This document shows, in pieces, positions 40,189 to 52,210 of a DNA stretch of 64,000 nucleotides. Position 1 is the first letter of the stretch, and each line of letters starts with the position of its first letter. A program made the position numbers and the translations under genes. This stretch comes from Felis catus (Eukaryota), in assembly GCF_018350175.1 (NCBI RefSeq), contig NC_058368.1, forward strand, positions 145,020,001 to 145,084,000. Reading direction: 5' to 3'. Below the pieces are notes generated by a model. It was not told the origin of the DNA and did not search any database. It worked only from the letters and a program-made list of their open reading frames with translations.

Positions 40189-41239
40189 ATGAAACAACCT
40201 GAAAACATTCACCAATAGTGAATATAAAAATATATTATGATACTTGCATACTATAGAAGAGTGTGCAATCATTAAAAAGAATACAACATACCTACATGAA
40301 AGAGAGCCATGCTATATTGGTTTTTCAAGTGGGAGATGTGGAAGATTGGAGAATAATATATATAATATGAACCTTTTCTTTTAAAAAAATGTATGCATAT
40401 GTATATGTGCATTTCGGTGTATACATTTAAAGAAATCATACCAAACTTACAGCTATTACCTCTGGAAAAGGGTAAAGGGTGACTTTTATTTTAATATCAT
40501 ATTCATCTCTGAAATTTAATTTTTTTTAGCAAACATGTATTAATGATGGATATGGTTGAGGAATGGCCAGAAAATACTTCTAAATGTCAATAGTCATTTT
40601 AGAAACAATTCTGCTTTTTATGAAAAGGCATTTTCTGTTGTATTGAGTTTCACAGGCTTCAGGCTTTTTTGGTGTTTGAATGACATCTATGCAAATAATT
40701 TTTCTCTCTTAATTCTATTTTTCCTTCTTCCATTATCCTAGCTCCAATATGTATTCTTTGTCCTAGGGCTTTTTGTTGTTGAATCATCCACCTTCCTTCC
40801 TTCCATCATTTGCCCAGCTGAAAGCTCTATTCTCTGGTAACTTATGCATAAATCATGATGCCCATTCCCACTGCCATTTTCTACGTTTAAAGGCCCTGTC
40901 TGTGGTTATGCTGTGTCTCTACTATATGACCTGGGATTTTAAGCATTTCTATATAGGTGTAGCACCAAACACTGAATGAACAAAAAGTAAATTGGTAGGG
41001 GTAAGACATGCCATATGGTTTATAAATGAGAATTATAATTTATAAGTGCCCGTACTATCTGAAAGAGCAATTCTTCTTCTAGGAATGTATCCTATGATTG
41101 TGTGTGCAAAATCATACATATAATAATTTTCAGTGAAGCAATGTTTGTAATTGCAAAACAACCTAAATGTGATGGTAAAATATATCACAGCACATTTCAT
41201 AGAAAGAAATACCCTAGCATCATAAAAAGAACGAAGAAG

Positions 41240-41440
41240 CGGGACGCCAGGGTGGCTCAGTCAGTTAAATGCCCAACTCTTGATTTCGGTTCAGGTCATG
41301 ACCCCAGGGTTGCGTGATCAAGCCCTGCATTGGGCTCTGTGCTGATGGTGCAAAGCATGCTTGGGATTCTCTCTCTCCCTCTGCCCCTCCCTGCCTCTCT
41401 CTCTCTCTCTCTTTCTCAAAATAAATAAACTTAAAAAAAA
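41240..41440 (+). mobile_element. CanSINE
   Basis: gggacgccagggtggctcagtcagttaa head. Confidence 0.9.
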
Positions 41441-41554
41441 TTATGAAGTTTCATGAACCAAAGTCAAACAAATGAAACAAAAATCAAAGCATGTAACAGT
41501 ATATATAATAAATTAGTACTTGTATAAATAAAAACTGATACACATAAACACATG

Positions 41555-41581
41555 CACACACACACACACACACACACACAC
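41555..41581. repeat. (CA)n microsatellite
   Basis: Read directly from the sequence. Confidence 0.95.
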
Positions 41582-41619
41582 GCTTAACTTTTCATCATTA
41601 TTTGCTTCTGGCAAGGGAT

Positions 41620-41930
41620 ATTGGTTATTCACCTATTATCTCTAGGCCCCACACTCACCCTTCTATACTCCATTCTACACTAGGTGCTGGGACTCTGAAA
41701 ATTACAGTTCTTAGGCTCCCTGCCAGCTAGTTTCCTGTTCAGTTCTGCCAACAGAAGGACAGTAGCTGGAGACCAAAGAGCAGGGGGAAGAAGAGAAGCT
41801 TCCTGCCCCTGGCTCCAGAAGTGAAGTAGTTGCTGTTGTAGCAGCAGCAGCAGCAGCAAGGGACAATTCTGGATGTGAGCAGCACCTTTTCAGAGGTTCT
41901 AGCCTTGTTAATGTGGGACCTTTTTGAATG
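41620..41930. mobile_element. Old ERVL-type LTR (LTR33-like) fragment containing a short (CAG)n
   Basis: ctccctgccagctagtttcctgttcagttctgccaacagaagg resembles the recalled LTR33 text. Confidence 0.55.
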
Positions 41931-42254
41931 ATCCAGAACCACTTCGACAGCATCTCCAATAGTACAGCAGTAGTTTTGAAGCCTATGAGCTCCAAACTTC
42001 ACAGAGTATTCCTAAATCCTTTCATACTTCTTGAGAACCAATATTCAAATTATTAATACCATAAACAGATAGAGCTAATTTCTGTGTTAAGAAAAGAACC
42101 TGTAGTGCTTTTTAAATCTTCTTTGAGAAAAAAATTCAGTTATAAAAGAATGTGTTAGCCATTTTTAACATGTCATATACTTTTCCTAATTCCTTGCCTT
42201 TAAATTCTGAGATAATAGTCACAGGATTTCTCATTAAAAGTAAAAACTACTTGT

Positions 42255-42738
42255 GGGACACCTGTGTGGCTTAGTCAGCTAAGCATTAAGCATGCAACTT
42301 TTGGCCAGAACTCATGTCATGATCTGTGGGTTGCATGAGTTCAAGTCCCACATCAAGCTCTGTGCTGACAGGCATAGAATGCTTGGGATCCTCTCTCTCC
42401 CTCTCTCTGCCCCTCCCCCACTCATGCTGTCTGTGTCTCTCAAAAAAACATAAAAAATAAAAGAGAAAGGTAAAAAAAAAAAAAAAAAGAAGAAAGAAAA
42501 AGAAAAAGAAAAAGAAAACCTGTAGGAGTGCCTGAGTGGCTCTGTCAGTTAAGCATCTGACTCTTGATTTTGGCTCAGGTCATGATCTCACGGTTCATGA
42601 GTTTTAAGCCCCGCATCAGGTTCTGCACTTAAGAGTGCGGAGCCTGCTTCAGATTCTCTCTCTCCCTGTCTCTCTGACCCTCTCCCACTTACATGCAGGC
42701 TCTCTCTCTCTCTCAAAATAAATAAACTTTAATAAAAA
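42255..42738 (+). mobile_element. Two tandem CanSINEs (~42255-42518 and ~42525-42738)
   Basis: Two heads and two A-rich tails; aacctgta is repeated around the second. Confidence 0.88.
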
Positions 42739-42947
42739 GAACCTGTACATGTATGTATATGTTTGTTCCTAGACAAAATTCCTGAGTCTTTTAATTTTGA
42801 TATAACCTAGTTTTCACACTAATTTTCTAAAATCTTCCATGTATAGATGCATCGATATACTAAATGTAAAAAAAAAAAAGAAAAAAATGACATTTTAATT
42901 TTAAAAATTAACCAAATAGACATAAGACAGAAAGAAAAACCTATCCA

Positions 42948-43154
42948 TATATATATATATTTTTAATATTTATTTAGTTTTGGGAAAGCACAAGCAGGGA
43001 AGGGGCAGAGAGAGGAGGACAGAGGATCCGAAGCAGGCTCTGCACTGACAGGCTGACAGCAGCAAGCCTGATGCGGGGCCCGAATTCACAGACAGCGAGA
43101 TCATGACCTAAGCCAAAGTCAGACAATCAACCAACTGAACCACCCAGGCACCCC
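42948..43154 (-). mobile_element. CanSINE
   Basis: Ends ccacccaggcacccc. Confidence 0.9.
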
Positions 43155-43189
43155 AAAATCTGTTCATATTTTAAAGCACATAATCCAAA

Positions 43190-43385
43190 ACTGTGCTATT
43201 CAACATGGTATCCCCTAGCCATATGTGGTTCTTTAAATTTAAAATTATGTTAACTGAATGTCCCTCAACTATTCTAGCCACTTTTCAAGTGCTCAATAGT
43301 TACATGATACTAGTGGAGAAATTATTAGAAGCACAGATTAGAGATCATCTCCTAATCACATAAAGTTTTATTGAATAGTGGTGCT
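43190..43385. mobile_element. MER3-like hAT-Charlie DNA transposon remnant
   Basis: gtgctattcaacatggta...ctagccatatgtgg...ctagccacttttcaagtgctcaatag...aaagttttattgaatagtg. Confidence 0.75.
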
Positions 43386-44308
43386 CCATTCTAGAAGGTA
43401 GAAGTCGTCTTAAAGGCTACACCCAGGTGAGACACTGGGCTGCTGAGATACACATCCCATTTTCGAAGATGATACCTTTTATTGGGAAAACTCCCTGATG
43501 GATTCCTTCTAACTTTTGTTTTTATTTTTTGGCCTAGAAAGATAGAGGCCCCTGGGAATGGTTTGAAAGTAGAGAACGAAGACCTAATATACTACATGAT
43601 AAAGTAACAAGAGTTTAAGAGGCTGCTGACAGTCTCTCAGGAAGAAGATGTCTGAGGAGTCTGGGAGGATTCAGAAAAGGAGAAAACGGGAGAGGTTGTG
43701 AGGAATCAACAAGACGTAAGGCAAATGGAGTCCACAGGAAAACAGCGAGTAAGACATTCCCTGTGGCAAGGAGACCAAAAAGCTTAAGAATAGTTGTGTC
43801 TGATATTCAAGTCGATGTTGTTGCCTGTACAGTACAAGGCTGAATACCCTTCAGTTTTCCCCTAACTTCAATAAGAATCTTTTATACACAAGAGCAACAA
43901 ATCAGTGGAGCTCTGAGGCTATGAGAGAAACAGGAAACTTCAGGCAAAGAAAAGGTAGCAGTCACAGAAGGAGAAGCAGTGGGGCTGTAATGGTGGGGGC
44001 AAGAAATTATAGCAACGAGAACCTCAAGCCCCCTCTCCCCCTAGGAAGGCCTGGAGATGTCAGAGAAGACTTGTGGGAACCTATAAATTAGGGATGAGAG
44101 CTGGAACTGTTTGATAGGAAAGGTAACCACACAAGGCAGGAGGATTGCAGGCCATTCAAGTGGAGATACCTGGAGCACACAGGTGTACAGAGCCATATAT
44201 TTACACTTGTACTGTAGTAGAGAAACTACACAAGATAAAAAAGAATGGGTCAAGAATTTTAAAAGTAACACGTTTGAGTGTGTACTACATGCTAGACCCT
44301 TCTAAGTA

Positions 44309-44346
44309 GTATATATATATACTATATATATATATACTATATATAT

Positions 44347-44397
<51 letters not shown>
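44309..44397. repeat. Compound (TA)n/(TG)n microsatellite
   Basis: Read directly from the sequence. Confidence 0.95.
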
Positions 44398-44481
44398 GCA
44401 CTAATTCATTTAAACCTCAGCACAACTCTAAAATATTATCGCAATTACCTTCTTCTTATAATTAAGAAAATTGAATCAGTA

Positions 44482-44602
44482 GGGGCACTGGGGGGCTTAG
44501 TCAGGTGAGCATCTGACTCTAATTTCCACTCAAGTCATGATCCCAGGGTTGTAGGGTCCAGTCCTGCAACGGGAATTGTGCTGAATGTGGAACCTGCTTA
44601 AG

Positions 44603-44664
<62 letters not shown>

Positions 44665-44745
44665 CCTCCCTCCTTCTGCCCCTCTCCCCTGCTTACACTT
44701 TCTCTCAAGAAGGAAGGAAGGAAGGAGGAAAGAAAAAGAAAAGAA
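44482..44745 (+). mobile_element. CanSINE with long (CT)n, inserted in a MIR remnant
   Basis: ggggcactgggggg head and (ct)n at ~44605-44662; MIR-like text on both sides. Confidence 0.85.
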
Positions 44746-45067
44746 AACTGAGTAAGTAAATAAAATGTAGAACATAATTCAAACTCAGCAGTCTGGCCAC
44801 AAAGAAATTGCTCTCACCCACAATACTATGTTGCCTCCAAGTTATAGTTCAAGAAACTGTTTAGGAAATTGTTGCTATTTTCTCTTCTCAGTGAAAGGTA
44901 AACAGAAAGAAAAGTATTTTAGAATCTATTATGTTCAATAACTGAGCATTCCTAATAAAATCTGAAGAAGCAATCTGTTGGATGTTTTCAAGCTTCTCTT
45001 TCTGACTAACTTACAGGCTAATTTATGGCAAATAAGGGCTAGAAATCTAAACAATGGAAATCTAAAC

Positions 45068-45227
45068 AATAGCACCAATTACTCAGATGTTCAATGTTCC
45101 TATATTGAAGAAGTTAGAATCATGAGGGTATGGATGACTATGATGTTAATGAGCCCTTTGGCACCAGGATTTGCTGTGCTGGGCCATCTCTTTCCTTAGT
45201 ATGGGTTTACTTATGCATGAAGTTGTG
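45068..45227. repeat. Left arm of a perfect 160-bp inverted repeat
   Basis: Exact reverse complement of 45977-46136, compared base by base. Confidence 0.97.
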
Positions 45228-45976
45228 CATAAGGGCTAGAAATCTAAACAATGTAAAATTCTTAAGAAGGGGGAAAAATCTTGATCTCTGCAACATTTTA
45301 ATTCTTAACTTTATTTGGTGAGGTCACCAAGCCTTATGCGGAGGCATGATAAATACCATGCAAAATTTCAGGTATGAGTTGGAATTGTCTTTGCATAATG
45401 AAATGAGATAACCAAGAAAGGATAGTTTCCAATGAACTCAAAGTAACAAAAAATTGATACAGAATTGTAAAGATTTCTTTTCTTTCCCCTCCCCAAATTG
45501 TAAAGATTTCTTAACATTCTGTATGTAATTTTTGAATACTGAAGGATAATAAAAGATAAAGGTGAAGAAGAGCTCTACATTGAAAACATTTCTAAAGAAT
45601 TTTCAATTTTGTCCTGTTGAAGGTAAAAATATTTAAGGTCGTAGAAACGTTAAGGTTGTAGAAAACAACATTCAGGTAATATCATGAATCAGATCTAACA
45701 ATGAACTAGTTAACATAACCTGGGTAGAGAGATGTTTTGATTTCTATCATTAGTTCAATGCTACCTCTTTTAACTAGTAAAAAAAAAAAAAAAAAAATGC
45801 TAGGTTAATAGTGCCCTATTCTTCTGGCTGATAATAAAAACTACCAAGAGCAGTTCAGTTTCTGACAGACCAGGCAAAGGGCATTATCAGAAAGGCCAAA
45901 TCCCGTGACAGCCTGGGCTGCTGAGATACACAGTTTACTTGTTCAGATGATACGGAGAGTTCCAATTTGACTTTCT

Positions 45977-46136
45977 CACAACTTCATGCATAAGTAAACC
46001 CATACTAAGGAAAGAGATGGCCCAGCACAGCAAATCCTGGTGCCAAAGGGCTCATTAACATCATAGTCATCCATACCCTCATGATTCTAACTTCTTCAAT
46101 ATAGGAACATTGAACATCTGAGTAATTGGTGCTATT
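45977..46136. repeat. Right arm of a perfect 160-bp inverted repeat
   Basis: Exact reverse complement of 45068-45227. The spacer is 749 bp. Confidence 0.97.
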
Positions 46137-46517
46137 TCAATCATTTCCTTTTTATCACAATACCCAACCCAAATAAACAGGTCTCCCTAGTTTTTCCTTA
46201 AGTTCCTTGTGTAACTCTTGTGAATTATGTAAAAATACTTGGGGATAGACTCACCAGAATTCAGATAAGATGGTCCTTTATTTCTCAAATTACTTAAGAA
46301 CTGGTTCTACAACAAGCCGACTTAAATTTTCCATATGATCCAAGTAAAAATAAGAGAGAAAGCAATGCTAACTAGGGTACAAAGCTCTAAAAGATTACAT
46401 TCTCCTTTCTTTACAAACCATAGTTGGGAGGGGAGGGAAGGGGTACCACCATTCACAAAGATACCAGAGTACAAACCAAACTATGTTTTTCTTTTACTTA
46501 AAAACCTTCCAAAGCCT

Positions 46518-46742
46518 GGGGCACCTGGCTGGCTCGGTCAGTTAAGCGTCCAACTTCAGCTCAGGTCATAATCTCACAGTCCGTGAGCTTGAGCCCCGCG
46601 TGGGGCTCTGTGCTGACAGCTCGGAGCCTGGAGCCTGGAGCATGCTTCAGATTCTGTGTCTCCCTCTCTCTCTGCCCCTCTCCCACTCACGCTCTGTCTC
46701 TCACACTCTCAAAAATGAATACATGTTTAAAAAAAATTAAAA
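46518..46742 (+). mobile_element. CanSINE
   Basis: ggggcacctggctggctcggtcagttaagcg head. Confidence 0.92.
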
Positions 46743-46990
46743 ACAACAACAACAACATTTCAAAAGCTCCCTTTTCCAAGAAGATCAAGTCCAAGCTTCC
46801 TGAAACAGTATCAGAAGTCTTCAGTAGGAGTGCACTATCAACTTAAAGAAGTGAAGCCTAAGAAAGCATTCCTAGGAAAAGCTACTTCTAAGCTAGTCAG
46901 GTGAGGAGGGTGAGGATTAGGTAGAGTAAAGCCCAGAGATAGAAATCTATAGTATGTATAGGCAAATACAAGCAGCTAGGTATTGTGAAA

Positions 46991-47055
46991 ACTTAGTATG
47001 AGAGAGATTAGTACCGAAATTAGTACTTAGTATGAGATAGAAAAGTACCGAAATT
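46991..47055. repeat. 31-bp imperfect direct repeat (period 34)
   Basis: acttagtatgagagagattagtaccgaaatt versus acttagtatgagatagaaaagtaccgaaatt (3 mismatches). Confidence 0.85.
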
Positions 47056-47185
47056 TAACCAAATGAAATTATTTAGAACTTTAGGGTGCACTCAAATGGC
47101 CTATCACAAATCAACCTCCAGGCTTCCATTTTAAAATTGAGATAATTTTGTATTTTCTATTATTTTTACTTGTAAATAACTGTAC

Positions 47186-47189
<4 letters not shown>

Positions 47190-47227
<38 letters not shown>
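47190..47227. repeat. (TG)n microsatellite
   Basis: Read directly from the sequence. Confidence 0.95.
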
Positions 47228-47229
<2 letters not shown>

Positions 47230-48237
47230 GCATATGTGGCATATATGTATATGCAAGTAAGGATAAAATTCCCCTCTAATCACTTTAAAATTCCTACTCT
47301 CAGAAACTAGTCTGGCATGTATATTCTTTCAGACCTCTCAATATACTTTACACTCATAAATATGTACACACAAAAATACACAGTATTGCATCATGTTCCT
47401 TGATGTTCAAAGGTTTCCATGTAAATGGCATACTTCAGCTTGCTTCTTTTATTTGAAAATGTTTTGGAAGTCTATCCATACTAAGTCCAAATAGATCTAA
47501 CTTATTCTTTTACATTTTGGCAAACTTACACCTCAATTAATCTAGCCATTCCCTACAATATGGCAAACACTATATTGGATATTTAGGTAATGAGAATGTA
47601 TTTTCACAGTGCCACTCAGAGTTTGGCAAGCTAGAAAGTAAAGAACGGTTCTCGGAATCACACACACTCATCTCCAAAATCCAGAAATAATGTATCTTCT
47701 TGGTGACAATAGTTTGTTTTCAGCTTAATTGATTCTTCTTGTGAAACTGAACCATACTGATAATTCAGAGAAACTTCAGTTTTGTATTCCAAATGAAGCC
47801 AGAGAAAATAAAATCTTGGTAAATACTTGTCAGAAAAATGTGAATGTCTTCTGAAATTGTAATTTTATTTTTACCAAATAGCCCTAGAAAATTTACATAT
47901 CCATTTTCCATTGAGCTCAAGGTGTATCAGTACATTATCTAGTTATCTCAACCTAGTTATGCTCAATCCACATGATCCATTTGAGTCAAAACAGCTGAAC
48001 TTCCTTAAATAAATTAACAACATTTTTCTTTTTTGATGAAGTTTAATAATCACTGCATCTGACATATTATAAAGTTGGTAAGAAAATATAGTCATGGGAG
48101 CCCCTGAGGATTCAGCAAGATGAGTCAATTCCAAATGTTCCCTGACCTAAGGAAAGAGATCAGTAAATCTCTTCATTAAAGTTTCATCATGTTTTCAACT
48201 GCATTAAAATAAAAATTTTATTTAAAAAAATTTTTCT

Positions 48238-48586
48238 GGGGGCTGCCTGGGTGTCAGGCTCTGTGTTGACAGCTCAGAGCCTAGAGCCTGCTTCAGATTC
48301 TGTGTCTCCCTTTCTCTTTGCCCCTCTCTCACTCTTTCTTTGTCTCTCTCAAAAATAAATATTAAAAATTATTTTTTAATAAATAATTGTTTAATGTTTA
48401 TTTTTGAGGGAAAGAGCACACACATGTGAGTGGGGGAGGGAGAGAAAAAGAGAGAAAGAGAGAGGATCCCAAGCAGGCTCTGTACTGATAGCAGAGAGCA
48501 TGAGGCAGGGCTCGAACTCACAAACCTTGAGATCATGACCTGAGCCAAAGTTGGACACTTAACCGACTGAGCCACTCAGGCGCCCC
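48238..48586. mobile_element. Tail-to-tail CanSINE pair (+ 48238-48367, internally deleted; - 48370-48586)
   Basis: A tail abuts T tail; the second ends ccactcaggcgcccc. Confidence 0.88.
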
Positions 48587-49114
48587 TAAAATAATAATTT
48601 TAAATCTGCATGGCTGTCTTTGGTTTCTTTTAAACATACTGGAAGTTGAAAGTGATTAAGCATACAAATATTAGGAGCATCCTTTTTACAATCTCAGTCA
48701 CTGCCTCTGAAAAAACCAGCAGTCAATGTGGCAAGAAAGGTCATACACAAAGTCTTCTAATTAATGATTTAAGAAGATATAAATACACTAAACTTCTGTT
48801 TTGATTTGAATAAACTTTAAAATCCAATTTTATTACACTCTATATATTCATTCTACATTAAAATAATTGACTTCTTATATGTTCTGGACATACCTCTCAA
48901 ATTCCTTATTTGCAAATAGGCCCTAACAGTTCACATATACTAATTAATTAGATAAAAGATTGGAGGTTATATGTGTTTACTTGTGTATTTGTTTTAGGAA
49001 TAAGTGATTCTCAAGAAGGTTGTACTCTAGCAAGGCACTTTGGTCAAGGAATAGCCGGTCGTGTCCCTGATCTGGTGGAGGTCAAACTAACGAGATCACT
49101 AGAAATATTATTTT

Positions 49115-49415
49115 GACTAGGACTTGTCCCATAAAAATACAAACATGGGCCACAGATAAGTGCTGCATATGTACCTTTAAATTCTCTAGTGACCACATTA
49201 AAAAAGAAGAAAATGGTAAAATTAATTTTAGTAATTTATTTTACCCAATATATCTACAATACTATCATTTCAATGTGCGATCAAAAACTTTAAATGACTG
49301 GTATTTTATATTCTTCTGTTCACACTAAATCTTCAAAATCCAGTGTGTACAGGATTAGTCGTATTTCAAGCGTTGAAAAAGCCACATAAAGCTAATGAAT
49401 AGCAAACTGGACAGA
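49115..49415. mobile_element. MER33-like hAT-Charlie DNA transposon remnant
   Basis: tttaaattctctagtgaccacattaaaaaag...ttttacccaatatatc...cactaaatcttcaaaatccagtgtgta. Confidence 0.8.
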
Positions 49416-49439
49416 ACCAATATGGGGGGAACACCAGAA

Positions 49440-49645
49440 GCTTTGGAATAAATGAAGATCTAAGTTTGAATTCCAATTCTGCAATTCACTCAGCTACATG
49501 ACTATGAGCCAGTTATATAAATTCTCTGAGCCCTGCTGTTCTTATCAGTAAACAGGAATAATACCATCTGCCTAACAAATTTCTTAAAAGAATTCAAGAT
49601 AATATATGTAAAGTACCTTGGCATATTATGTGCCTGACATGGAAC
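49440..49645 (+). mobile_element. MIR remnant
   Basis: gtttgaattccaattctgc...ctctgagcc...gataatatatgtaaagtac...gtgcctgaca. Confidence 0.7.
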
Positions 49646-50218
49646 AGAAGTCAGTAAAATCCTCCTCATCCTCATCATTATATAAATTGAAGAAGAAAAA
49701 GTACCATTGTAAGAAAGCTGAAATTTAAACTGAAAAATGTGAAGAGAAAAATACACAAAGAAACAAAAACCTGAAATAAGATTATCAAAATGTCTTCTAA
49801 CTAAATTTAGTCATAAATCCACTATTATCCATACAAAATAAAAACAAACAAAACTCTTATTTTCCAAAATTATGAATAATGCCAAAATAAGACACTGCTA
49901 AAACTAGAGATATGGTGATATTTGTCTTTTTTTTTTTTTAAAGCAAATTTGCTTTCTTGATTACTGTTGCCAAGGCTAATATTAGTTTCTATTTCTACAG
50001 GGGGATAAATGGCTAAAAAGTTGAGTAGAAGCTTATTGGCATGAAAATGCAGTACTAAAAATGCTTACAAATAATCTACAAAGAGTATGAGGCATACTGA
50101 TAACTGAGCATTCTCTGTATAGTATGTAATGACAGTTTTTCCAAATAATTGTTACAGAATATTTGCATCCACTTCTATAAGATATTAAAATAAAATATAA
50201 AAAATAAAGAAAACATAC

Positions 50219-50291
50219 CTCTGATAAAAATGTTTGGGCCGATTTCTGAGCTCCTACATGGAGCAGATATTCATATACGTAGAGTGCTAAC
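50219..50291 (-). CDS. SSBP2: SSBP2 coding exon (likely exon 2, 73 nt), LisH motif: (K)[24 protein letters not shown]
   Basis: Minus strand reads tttatttattttccag|GTTAGCACTCTACGTATAT...TTTTTATCAGAG|gtatgt. The translation matches the SSBP/SSDP LisH segment. Confidence 0.97.
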
Positions 50292-50332
50292 CTGGAAAAT
50301 AAATAAAGTATGTATTGAGAAGATGTATATTT

Positions 50333-50334
50333 TT

Positions 50335-50381
<47 letters not shown>

Positions 50382-50580
50382 CGTTTATTTATTTTTGAGA
50401 CAGAGAGAGACAAAGCATGAACGGGGGAGGGTCAGAGAGAGGGAGACACAGAATCTGAAACAGGCTCCAGGCTCTGAGCTGTCAGCACAGAGCCCGACAC
50501 GGGGCTCAAACTCACGGACCGCGAGATCATGACCTAGGCCGAAGTCAGCAGCTTAACCGACTGAGCCACCCAGGCGCCCC
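50333..50580 (-). mobile_element. Young SINEC_Fc with a 42-nt poly(A), TSD gagaagatgtRtattt, ~40 nt upstream of the exon 2 acceptor
   Basis: T run at 50338-50379; TSD at 50317-50332 and 50581-50596. Confidence 0.95.
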
Positions 50581-52001
50581 GAGAAGATGTGTATTTAAAA
50601 TTCACTCTTTAATGCACATACCTTTTCATTACAAAAATATCTTACACACTAACAGTGACAGAAAAACAACTCTTCCCATTGCTATTTAATGGGAGTTTAT
50701 ACATGTCTGTTCAGAAAGAACTTAAACTAATTAAAATAGCACACAAAGAAAAAAAGCAAATATAGCTTTTCTTGACAAGAAACATCTAAAAGGGGATTTT
50801 GTCTTTGATCATGTCACTTATTATAACCTCGTTCCCTTTGTCATGCCTAATATAATTGATAATTTATAACTCAACATTAATAATCTCCATAACCTATTGT
50901 TATAATTATTATCTTTCATTATTAAAATAAATGAATTAAGTAATTGGACCTTTCCAACAACTTTATATCCTTCAATCTTCTTGGTGAATATTAACATAAA
51001 CTCCAGCTATTTGCACATCTCTATGCTAATATGGGTACTCAAAGTCCATTTTAATATTTGTTCAGGCAACCTGTCCTTAGTCTTTAGGTATGATTATTAA
51101 ACCAATAACATAGTATATTAGTTTGTAAGAATTCAAATTATCAGCAAACCACAGCATTAAGCAAACTTTAAAAACAGCAAATCATATTAAGCATTTGGAT
51201 GCTTATAGTTTACAGGTTAACACAAAATTACATATAAATTTATCATTTAAATATAGAATATTAAGTATGCACTATACACTTGTACTATTCTCATTATCTT
51301 GTGGATTCAGAATTTTAAGCTACACCATGTGGCTCAATTTCAGTTGAGCTGTTAACAAAATATTATTCATAAACTCAAATTAGTCTGAGGCAGTATTTTT
51401 AATGATATCTTGGACTGATGCCCAGATAGCTCACAACAGTTCAGTTTCTGCTACACTATATTTACCAATATTAAGCCAGGTTTACAGTAAACAAAACAAT
51501 GTAATAATAACCACAATTCTGTAGAGCTACACCATTTCTCTTGCCAAGTGAATTTCTGATTGTTAAAGACTGATAGCATTTGCAAAAATGAATATTTTCT
51601 TCATTTTCATGAAAAATATCATGCGTGTCATGAAAAGAGAAAGCTAGTAGAAATTCAATTGCTCTGTCCATTCAATTCTTTCCCCATTCCAGAATTGCCA
51701 AACACTCAAAATGAGAATTACTCCGTGGTTACCAAGTACCACAAGAGAGTAGACATCTGTTAAAATTACACTTAGATAAAAAGTATGTTATTAGAAACAT
51801 CTCCTAACCTCTTCAAGTTGAATGACACTTCTTAGATCGTGTTTCTCAACACTTTTTCTACCCTAACACACATGAGGAACATGATATCTTCCTTTTGATT
51901 GCCTTATCTCCTGTGGAAACATGGCTCATCCCCAAAGTACATAATGAATATGGGAATAATAATATTCCTATAGTTGCAAACAATCCCTACTAGTGATTCT
52001 T

Positions 52002-52210
52002 TTTTTTTTTAATATTTATTTATTATTGAGAGACATAGATGGAGCGTGAGTAGGGGAGGGGCAGAGAGAGAGGGAGACACAGAATCTGAAACAGGCTTCA
52101 GGCTCTGAACTGTCGGCACAGAGCCCGACACAGGGCTCGAACCCACAAACCCCGAGATCATGACCTGAGCCGAGTCAGACGCTTAACCGACTGAGCCACC
52201 CATGAGCCCA
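52002..52210 (-). mobile_element. CanSINE with TSD cctactagtgattctt
   Basis: TSD at 51986-52001 and 52211-52226. Confidence 0.93.

Noticed and set aside
41711..42002. ORFs with poly-Ala or poly-Cys from (CAG)n
   Set aside because: The triplet repeat is short and sits inside a decayed LTR-like element, with no splice or coding support.
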